Origin: Adineta vaga | Taxonomy: Eukaryota; Animalia; Rotifera | NCBI GenBank assembly: GCA_021613535.1 | Contig: CP075495.1 | Coordinates: 3,782,001 to 3,846,000, forward strand | Length of the DNA stretch: 64,000 nucleotides | Direction: 5' to 3' | Shown: in pieces, positions 52,917 through 64,000 of the stretch | How positions within the stretch are numbered: position 1 is the first letter of the stretch | How the letters are laid out: every line of letters starts with the position of its first letter | Notes under the pieces: generated by a model | What the model saw: the letters and a program-made list of their open reading frames with translations, nothing else | The model's database searches: none | What the model was told of the DNA's origin: nothing | Position numbers and translations under genes: made by a program

Positions 52917-55900
52917 GTTTCTATATGAATTATTGATAGAATTTCAATGATACTATCATCAAAAAAATGTCTCTCACTATTATTTATCTGAAACGAAGAA
53001 ACAAGGTTCAAATTGAAATTTCTGAGTCCTATTCAGTTTATATTCTATTCACAATGTCTCTTCCAACAGTTTTGCTAATTAACATTCGTTCACCTGCTGA
53101 GTCGTCTCATGGGTTAAAAATGAATAAATATATTCCTTGAAGACTTCTAACACATATCTCAATTGAATTCTATTCATAAGAACTACATACAATCGGGGGA
53201 GAAAAAGGAGAAAGAAGAGAATAGATATATAATCAAAAACAAGAGAAGAAAAGAGATGTTTTTTTTCTTGAAAGATAGATATAATATGTAAGACAAATTT
53301 TAACCTGAATAGAAATAAAAATTAGTTTCGAATTGAACCAATATCTATTTTAGTCTTTCTAATAAAAAAAAAAAGAATTGTAAAAAAAGCAAATCCTTCT
53401 TCTCTTTCTTTTTGCTTCATTGTATATGATTATTTTTGATGATTGACAAGGTTAATAATGGAAACATACTTTCTAAAGATATTGACCGTCAAAAACATTG
53501 ACGCAAACAAAATTTCTAACAAATGACACATATAATTATCTGTCCTAGATGAACACTGCACGGGATGTATATACGTGTCAAAAACTGACAAGTGCCATTC
53601 TTTTTGTCCAAAGGAAGATTCTTAGGAAAATAAAAATAGTATGAAGATTTTTTTTTCTAGGAACGAAAAGAAAACAGACGACAAGTTATCTTGATTTTAT
53701 TTCCTTGAAAGTTTTCTACCTATAATAATCTTTATTCATGACTTGTTATTAACATTTGTCTTATATATATATATACATTGTCAAAGATATTCTTTTCGAC
53801 GCAATAGGAAAAATGGAGTTGATTTCTATTCTAATGACGTCAATTGAAACAATATTATTTACTCTTCTTGTTGAAAAGATTTTGCTCTATTAAAAATTAA
53901 AAGATTAGATCTGATAAATAATTCATTAATTTTGCGAGTTTCAAGTTCTACATCTATTCACCTTGTTACTTAGCATTCTAACAGGAACAAGGAAAATACG
54001 AGTATTGTGTGTTTATATATATGAGGACAAAAACAGGAATGATAAAAAAAGAAAGTGCATTATATTAATCGAATTCACTAACCTTCTGTCGCTAATGCTG
54101 AAAGCAAAAGGAGTAATGTTGTTTTCTTGTTTTGCTAATCTGATTGGAAAACTCTCGAAAAGGAAGAAGAGATAAATATTATGATATAATTGACAGTCAG
54201 AATTTGACTGATCCAAATATGCGAATAAAAAACTATTTTTGACAGTAATTCTTTCTATCGATGATGACTACTTGTACGTTTTAGATTGATTGTAAGAAAA
54301 AGAAGCGCACACAATCTTTTCGAGTAACGAAAATTGCTTAAGGCAATTCTATTTTTCCTGTTTTTGTTAATAATTAGTATTTAATGTGTTTTACCTTCGA
54401 ATTGAAGGTTGCCTTAGAACATTTTCATGGAAAAAGTTTGAAAAAATTCTTTCTACTGATTTATCTGACTGTGAGAAGAAAACAAATTTTCATTTGATTG
54501 TATCTAGGAGTTAATACATTTAATACAATATAATCTTTACACGTTATTATTTGATAATTTCAATAACATATTTATCCTCTTACTTAGTTTTATGAAAAGA
54601 ATGAAGATTTTAATCATATATGATATTCTTTTTATCTAATTAGCTATTCTGACCTTTTTCCGCAAAATACTCCTGAAATATAGAAACTTTTTCTAAGAAT
54701 TTATGTCTTTTACGAAGTTAAATTTTAATCAAATGTCTTTTTCTTTCATTCTTTCTATTGAAGTTCAAATTACAATGCATATAATTAAAATCATTGATGA
54801 GATGCGTTTCTCTCCTTATCTTGTATTAGAATTAGATATACTCATACAACTCAAAGTATTACTGATATATGTCATAATTTTTCGAATTTGATCTGATGAT
54901 TTATTTATATTTTCGTACTTATCATTGACAAATCAATTAATGGGAAGAATTTGTCCTCAAGAAAAGGAACATGGTTATGTGTACTACATGTAGAACCTAT
55001 TCAATTATATGACTTGAATATTAATGATAGATGTTTTCATAAACGATTGGAAACATTTATGACGATCTGTTCCTAGAAGCGAAGTGTTTTGTTATATGAC
55101 ATCGAAGAGATTGCTAAGAAATTTAGAAAAACATCTCGTTGAATAACTAAGTCATGTTATACATATAGGTTTTATTGAACTTTTCAACAATATTTAGTAA
55201 ATAAATGTTCATTTATGTTTTTCAAAGATGAAAATCGAATCGAATAATATTTATTTATATTTTGCTATGGTTATAGAAAAATAATTTATTGTGACAATTT
55301 CGACGTTCATTGAGTTAATCTATGGGTTTTTCTCTCTTCTCAAAAATTCAATTATCAACTTCACATTTCATTCAATTATACTGCGAACATATGGCTTCTT
55401 AGACCAAGAGAAAAAAAAAGACATGTCATCGTTCAAGACTACCAAACATTGCTCTCAATTTCAACCTTATCGAAATTGAACTTTTTAAAAATGTCAATTC
55501 AAACAATTAATAGTGTTATTTTTATTGAAAATACATGCACCTAGAGAAAGAAAGAGAGAAATTCTTGATGAATGAATGCTATTTTTCACACATCTGAACG
55601 TATATATATAAAGATTGTGAAATAAGTGACATCTGTCGTAACAGATGAAATTTCATAAGCAAAATTGAAATTTGATTTAGTATTAGCATTCTTTTCATGG
55701 TCGTTTTTGATACATAAAAAAAAAGAGGAGAACTCGAGTATTGATGTTAAATATCAATACATGTGAAGCTTTGATTTAGTATTGACAGAAGAGTTAAATA
55801 AGTAGTATTTCTTATTTATTTTATGTATCAAATATTGACTTAAATGAGATTAATTACAGACAATCAAAGTGATAATCTATGCGAGACTTACATGCACGAT

Positions 55901-57888
55901 AGAAAATGAAAGTTTCACATCGAACATATATATATATAGTTTACTCAAATGTAATCCATTAGAAACTATTAGTGATTATACATGAATGCATGAATTATTC
56001 TTTGTTAAATAACATTGTTATTTCGGTCTCATGAACGTGTACACATCTTAAACTCTTCCTGTTCTATTCACTTGATTTAAAATATCATTAGTCATTCAAT
56101 ACAATTTCCTGAAGGTTTATCAACTTTAATCATATGATGATTAAACATTCAAGCTCTTTGAACTAAATATAATCATTCGTCATTGTCATTAAAAGAAACT
56201 ACATTGTTGTTTATCAATGTATAGGAAATACAAAAGCAAATGGCTTTCAATGTTCAATGATCATGTCATTATAATAAAATTATCGAAAACGAAACATTCG
56301 ATTCATGGACATATTTATACGATGAAAAGATCAAATATGAATATGTTTGTTTGAATTATTTTGATAAACTACCGTAAAGTATATATAAACGGAAAAACGT
56401 TGAAGGATCAACAGATTAAATGCAATGATTTCTTCGTCATCCATTCTTTTCTTTGTTTGAAATATATACAAAAGAAATCGAGACGTTTTCTTTTTATGCT
56501 CAAAGTGTCAGAAGTATTGTTTTTTTTTCTTTATCTTCATCAAGTGTTTAACCTCAACTTTCAAGTAGACGTTAAGAAGAAAAAAAAGAAAGAAAACCGA
56601 ACTCAAAGCAACATTCTCTGCACAGACGAAATTCGAAAATGAAAAATTTCAACGATTGTTTATTATTATTATTATTGTTTCAAACGTTCTTTTCTTTGTT
56701 TTGTTTTCATAAGAATTGTACAGAAGTCTAAACGATTAATATTATCCTCGAAGATCGATGTCGGGGTTATCTCTAGATATTTTTCTCACTCTTTATTTAT
56801 ACATCAAGGTTGAATACTTTCTTCTAGACAGTATTTATTGACATACATGCTGAATTAATATCAGATATGAAGTAGATGTACTATAGAAAATAATCGATTT
56901 TGAAGGACTTAAAGAATATAATTTCACTATTTCATCTGATGATACGCATCGATCGAAAGAAAAGTAAATTGAATGATCCTTATGAGACCAATCGAGTGAC
57001 ATACACGTACACAAACGTATATATTTATATGTATATACGTTTGTGTGTATAGTTAGTAGCAGTCAGTGCATAAATTATTCATTCCGGTGTTCGCACCCTA
57101 CAGCTTATAATACAAGCGCATGTTGATTGTCTGACTTTTTTCTCTCTCTCTCACTCTCACTCTCACTCTTTCCTTTTTTTCACTCTTATTGTATTTACTG
57201 TTCATGATGCGAACAATTTTTTAGAAGGCACGTTGTTAATATAAAATCATTAGTTCTCGTTGTCTAGAATTGATCTTCTTAAGTGACAGAAAGAACAACA
57301 AAAGTCATTCATATCGGTCGTCTGTCCAAGCTCAATCGGATTGATATACATATAATACGTTGTATTTATTCGTGATAATCTAGGTGAGAATGAACAAATA
57401 TTTTTCTTTCACCAATCATGTATTTTCAAAATTGTCCTAAATTAGATCTTTTATTTGTCTAGTTATCATTAAGACATTTATTTTATCTCATTTGTGTACA
57501 TTAGTACTCGCATATCTCTCTTTCTCTCGCTAGGTTTTGTCATCATCGTCTTCTTTTGTCGTGCATTATTGCAATAACCACAATTATTCTGTAGGTTACA
57601 CATTGTACAAAAGAACGAAAATACTCTCCGTTTCTGCCATTTGTACACGTATATATATATATATACACGGAAGAAAAGGCGAAGAAGAAGAACAAGAAGA
57701 GAGACAGAAGAGAAAAAAAAGGAGAAAAAAAGACAAAAAGACGGTTCGTTTTCTTCATCGTACGTTTGTGCTGCATCGATCATATCATCGACATTGGTAC
57801 TACTCGTCTTGGATCGTCGTTATTATATTGTTAACCTTCGATTTTTAATGTTTAAAATCTCGTCATTTATACATTAATACTTATAATT

Positions 57889-60800
57889 ATGATGCGAAAG
57901 TTTCGTCGAATTTTTCGTACACCATCATCAACAGCAACACCGATTAAAAATGAAACTATGCAGAAGACGAATAGTTGTGATTCAACACTGGATGATGCGT
58001 CATACGTGAAGAAGAGATCATCGCCTGTGATCAATTGTTTGAATTCAACAGGTAAAGAAAAAAAATATGAAAGAAATCGAATTCTTTTAGATTTCTTCTT
58101 GTTTTCGATTCTTTTGAGATTACACGTCAAGGTGAAGTTGCTTTTGTATGTATGTGTGTGTGTGTGTGTTTGTAAGTTTTCTACACTCTCACTTTTTTGC
58201 GTCTTATTTTATCTAAATCAGTTTTTGATTCGGACCATTGATATATAACTAGTAATAATCATAGTCACATCGCGTACCCTTTAGGAACAGTTCACTAGAG
58301 GTTAGATGATAAGATTGATAAAAAATATAAATTTTCATTTTTCAATCTTTGATTATTTGAGATATAATGATCAATCATAATTAAGTTTTGTTGATTGAGC
58401 AGACATAGATCTAGTCAGAAGTATGCCGTTTGATAGAAATTCCTTTGATCGTTTAAGAATAGAGAAAAGAGAAATCCAGACACATACAAAACATCTGGTA
58501 GTGTTAGTCAACCGATATAATATACTCTCATTTACTATCATCTTGTGTATATTCTTCTTAGTTACAAAACGTACTATAGGAGATATGTTTGTATATATTA
58601 CGTATGATTGCATTCGAACATTCTCACAAAACACGCGTACAAGGATAGTAACAGTCATATGGCTTCGGTATGATGATCGAGGCAATGATGATGGTGATGT
58701 GAGATATTGATAATAATAAATGAAACGTATTCTTCACCTTTAACATATGACGTATCGAGGTGAAGAAAAGTATTGTATATATATATATATATGTATATAC
58801 ATGTACATAGAATAATAGATAAAGAAATGTCTACATACTTCCATGTGACTCCATTCAGAATGTGAAGTACAAATGAGCAAATACGAGAAAGAAAAATGAT
58901 AAATATATCTCTATGCGATCAGCTGATTTTATCTTCGAATAACTATATCACAGATTTTTCTTTTGACAAAACGGAAGATTTTCAATTAAAAACAAGGTTA
59001 TCTCTATTAAAAATCAATTTCCTCTATCAGTAGTATGAAGAAGAAAAACGCTATGCTAATCTTATCAAGGTGTATTGTCTCGAGAAAAACGTTCGAAAAG
59101 TCCTATCAATTGAATACATACATCGAGAAAATTATCTTCTACAGTCAACGTAAGTGTTATACATATACGTTTATACAACGAAAGCTGAGCATTTCAAAGT
59201 TGGTTATTTGATATCGATTTTCACCTCTCTTTCACTCCTTTTCTTTCTGTCGTTATATGGATCAAAATCGGATCAATGTACTTGTCAAGTATATATAATA
59301 TATCGACATACGAATTGCGATTGATGTGCACAAGATACGCTATTCATGCACCTTCAAGCAACCAAATCTATCGAGGATAAAAGAAAAGAAAAAGACGAAA
59401 AGTAATTGTCAATAGGAGATATTTGAGAATTTTATCAATTGATATTTTCAGATCTATTGAGATGAAAAAAGTAAATTCTTCTTCTTCTTCTTCTTTTGTT
59501 TTTATAGAATATGATGTCATAATTGAGAATACATAGAATATATATTGAATAAACAGACGATATATACATAGATATATATAAATAAATAAATCGAGAATAA
59601 ATGAACAAAGGTATGTCAAAATGACGATTCGTAGCAGTTGTGTTGATAACCTCTTTCTTCCATCTATCAAGTCGTTCACTTCACATATATTTCTAAAGTA
59701 ATAGAAGAGAAATCATGCTTCATCTACTTCTTCCGTTTAGATTTCTCTCGTGCAGACATAAAATCCCTCGTATGCATTTCGTCATCGCGTTCAGTAGAAA
59801 TAGAATAGCACACATGAGTCAATAAAAAGAAAAGAATAATAACCACAATCGGTTTTCTTCCTATTGTGATGATGTTTTGCTTATTTATATTAAACAAGCA
59901 AAATTATATTCTTGCATGTGAGAAGTTAAATGAAAGACCTAAAATTCTCCTAATCGATAGTCATTCATTCATTCTTTTCTGATCGATTATTTTATGGTAA
60001 AAATCTACTATGAAGAATCATAGACGCAAGCGAAAACGAAAAATGACATCTGTACCGATTCAACAAGGTGAGATTATTTATTTTCAACTAAACGAAACGT
60101 TGTTGAGTCACGTGCGGAAAAGAGAAAACGAAACTTTCTTTTTTGTATATGTATTCAAATCAAAATAGTTTCCTTCTGGGTAACATTTGATCTTTTCTCG
60201 ATTCATACCGCAGAAAAAAATAATGCTATACCTTTTCATTTTTTTTTCTATTTGTTACTTATACAAGACATTTAAGTGCACTTTAATACTGAAGAGGAGG
60301 TATTTTCTTCGGTAAATTTTTTTATTGTTAGCTTATCTCACATTCGATTTTTCAATTTCTCATTTTTCATGTATGTCGAAGGATTAACGATTGTTTGATC
60401 CTTACTCATTCGTTACATATATCCGATAGAGATAAACTGTATAGAAATTGAATTCTCGTGGAATAGGATGTATTTTATGTGCGAGTAGTAACCAATGTAT
60501 GTGTCTGTTCTTTCAACCAGTATTCACCTTTTTTCTCTCTCTCTTTCTCACTTTCGTTTTTCGCATTTATCAAGTAAAAAAAACCGACACCTTTTTTTGT
60601 GTAGCGAAATAACCAACATATTTAAACCCATGACACCGACTAAGAACCTAGAGCAAGGATAGTTTTCTAGTACATATTCGTAGTAAAGGTGTAAGATAGT
60701 TTATTATCGTCTATACGTTAAAATCAATCAGTTGTAGAGAAGCACCAAATCTATTTAGATTTACCTAGCGGATGTATGAAAATATCATTGATGTTTTTAT

Positions 60801-63800
60801 TCTCATCACCTTTTAGTTAATGACCAGAGAGAGAGAGAGAGCAACCTTGAAACTGTATGTTATATTCAATCTCATAACATGATTAGTATATCATATAGTA
60901 AAATCAAAGATCAATAGCAGTAAACATCGAGAATTGTATGTCTATTCATTGTGTCATTGTTAAAACAGAAAAAAAACATGATATGGTTATATGCCAATAT
61001 TTTGATTTATTATTTGTGTTATAAACTTTCGATCTATTTATGGCATATCAGCGTGAATATTTATTACCATCGAATGAGTAAGATTTCTTTTGTTTTCAGT
61101 GCATATATATATATATATATACGTATTCTTCATGCGAATGAATGACATCGAGAAGGGTGCGTGTAGAGATCATGATTTGTTTTGAGTAAGTAAAATGAAA
61201 AATGCTCATACATTCTATCTGTACGAGCCTTTAAATAGACTTACTACGTTCAATTCTTTGTCATTGTTGCTTTACATATATATATATACGTGATAAGGTC
61301 GACATTTCTCTTCGGTCGCCATATATTGTCTTTCTCTTTCTCTCTCTCTCTCCCTGACTCTCGCTTGCTTCTCCGTTAGTCGCCCTTCATTCTTTCTTTC
61401 CCGTCCATCATACATAGAATATACGTTAGTGAAAGCGCTCATCTCTCTTTTTTTATTCCTCTATCGTATCGAGAACAAAATAATTAGTCTTGATAAAAAG
61501 AGAAAGAAAGCAGGTAGCCAACTTGACCGAAGTCAGTACTATTTCTGTTGTTGATGGACATGAAGCATGATAGATTGAAGTCTGGTAAGTTACGCAAACC
61601 ATACTCTCTTTCTAACGATTTTCTCTATATTCTTCTTCATTCGAACAAGAATATCTGATTACGAAACAATTGTAGAAGTGGTTCAAATGAGAAGGAAGAT
61701 TACTTTTTCACTTTTCTTTTCTCTCTATTCATATCAATGATTTAACTCTAAACTATTCCTAATGTTCACTTTTTTTTAAAATGCTAACCTACTCTGTTGT
61801 CTTTTGATAAGAACAAGGAGGAGGAGAAGAAGAAGAAGAAGAAGAAAAAAAAAGAAGGGACAATATTTTGTCGGTTTCATTTCAATCTTTAATTGACCTT
61901 CTCTTCATTCGTATACTAAAAAATTGAATAGAGGTTAAGTCAATATTTTTCTTTGAATATTTAGAATCATCGAAAACAAACAATTCAATAACTCCTCCTT
62001 CACCTACTCCTGTTCCTTCAACATCAATATCCGACGATATACACTATGCAAAAATGCGTTTCATATCTTCTCCAGTCTTTCAACTACGTGATATAATTCA
62101 TGCTCTATTAACATCATCATCATACGATCTCATTTCGACATTTTTAACTTATGGTCAATTATTAGGTGCATCAGCACTTCATGGTTATCTTGTTGATCGT
62201 TCGAATGATACACAATTAATAAATAATGATGAGAATACATCTTATCCAGGTATTGCTCTTTATATTACTTATGATATGAAATTAAATGATCAACAATGGA
62301 AAGAACAATTTGGTATTCATGAATCAACAAGTATTAAATCAAAAACTCCATCAACATTTTTTCCATTAACAGATTATTTATGTATATTAAGTGGTTCACG
62401 AGTCATATTCTATGATCCAAATGAACGTATTATAAATGAAGATCGTGCATTTGTTTCTATATTTGATCTGGAAACAGATGATATAACATCATTTAAAGAT
62501 CAATTTTCTCCATTAGATTATTTTCTATTTAAATCAAAAACATATTATAATGGAACATTAATACGTTTACCATTACGAACAATTCTAACACAAAAACAAA
62601 CATTAGATGATTTAAAACAACAAATCTATAAATATTTTCATTTAAATAATTCATTAATTGATTTATTATTAACACAACAGAGTTTAAATACAATAGATTT
62701 TGATTATACGAAAGATTTCGAAATATTTCAACGATTTTTATCCTATGAAAAACATTCAATATCAAGTATACATGATAATCAATCTAGAACAGAAATTATT
62801 CATTTAACATTATCTCGATTAATTAATGAAATTAATACAAGGTTTGTATTATATAACTTCTTTTTTTATCTCTTAATAATCGAAAGTATTTCTAACTTCA
62901 AAGATAAACTTTAAAGGTTATGAAATTTCTCTTGAGTAATGATCATAATAGTTTAAGTTTATATATATATATATATATTGAAATCTTCTAGTGATGTATC
63001 CTGCTGGCTATTATCGACTCATATTGGTCATAATGATAATATAAAAACTAAAATTGAGTTAAAACTACTTCTTCCACTAACACCACTTAGTCTCTCATCG
63101 GAATCTTACGATTCATCTACACAATTATATAAATATCAACTAATTCAAATAACTTCATCTCGAATTTTATATTATTATACAACATCAATATCAGCAGTAA
63201 ATCTCTCCTCTAACGATGATCTATGCCAGCATTTGCGTCAAATTAATTTTCCACGTGCTTATGCATTATTTTTAAAAGATTTATCTCGATTAATCAAACC
63301 AACATCATCATCATCATCGAATTTATCCATCGATCTTATTTGGGAATTAATGCCTGATATTGATGAACATCAACGTTTATGGAATGATAAACATAAATAT
63401 TCTTCACAATTGCAACAAAGTATTCAATTGATCAATAAAATTATACCAGATATGTGGAGAGAAATTGGTAAGATAACGTAAAATTTGTTTTGAGACACAG
63501 ATCGTCTGCTAAATTAAGATGAATTGTCTATAATCATGAGCAAAATATCTGGTCAAGTATACATTGACGTAAATTGTCTCATTTAATTCTAGGTAAACAA
63601 GAATTATTCTATTCTGTAACAGATGGTTGGGGTTATGTAGCTATTGAAGATATGATTATAAATAATGTTGAAACAGGACCAATTCAAGATGTATTAACTT
63701 ATGTTTTTTCTGAAGCAAATGCACCAATTGTTATCTTACCATCACATGTTATCAATGGTTTATGTAAATATTCTAATAAGCATTATTTACAAGTTATGAC

Positions 63801-64000
63801 ACCATTTCATGCATCAGAATTATTAGCAAAAAATGCATCGATTCTTCTACGTTTAACATCGGAACAGAAACTTTCTTTACTTAAATATATCATTTTCAAT
63901 GATCCCGATCCAAGTTTAGTACTTGAATTAGAATTATTACCATTAGCAAATAATACATTTGCAACATTTCAAACCAAACAAGCAATTATTACCTATATTA
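57889..64000 (+). CDS. Sacsin-like protein (degenerate sacsin-repeat/GHKL domain), 3' truncated; alternative first exons at 57889-58051, 60010-60067 and 61554-61584; common exons from 61965
   Basis: YPGIALYITYD, TDYLCILSGSRVIFYDP, DQFSPL…NGTLIRLPLR and LELLPLANNTFATF match the sacsin-repeat motifs GPALYVYNN, TDVPCIFSG..I..LDP, DQFAPF…GTFFRFPLR and LPLLPL.dG.f..F. Confidence 0.8.

Noticed and set aside
53000-57000. Short ORFs in the long AT-rich region
   Set aside because: Low-complexity F/I/K-rich translations with no domain or coherent exon chain; probably regulatory or UTR sequence between divergent genes.

Overview
This is AT-rich eukaryotic (animal) genomic DNA with many short (mostly ~45-70 nt) GT-AG introns. 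The style is consistent with a bdelloid rotifer, which is inference only. Left to right it holds: the 5' end of a GT-A-fold glycosyltransferase-like gene (-); a 328-bp solo LTR, possibly nested in an old MITE; a large low-complexity orphan gene (+) with frame disruptions; eight identical tRNA-Lys(UUU) genes whose array is split by a Tc1/mariner-type MITE; an SBK1/meng-po-like kinase; a TASK-like K2P channel with an atypical first selectivity filter and an 11-nt pore microexon; a 4-TM protein; a mucin-like type I membrane protein; two tandem PIAS/Siz SUMO E3 ligase paralogues only ~155 nt apart, one with a single +1 frameshift; a two-domain small HSP ending in a CaaX box; a small Cys-rich GPI-type protein; a complete DNAH5/8-type dynein heavy chain with two homologous, probably mutually exclusive 123-nt exons; an ETHR-like peptide GPCR; and a sacsin-like gene with a degenerate GHKL ATPase motif and three candidate alternative first coding exons. 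No prokaryotic-type system (CRISPR etc.) is seen. All family assignments come from motif recognition, not database searches.
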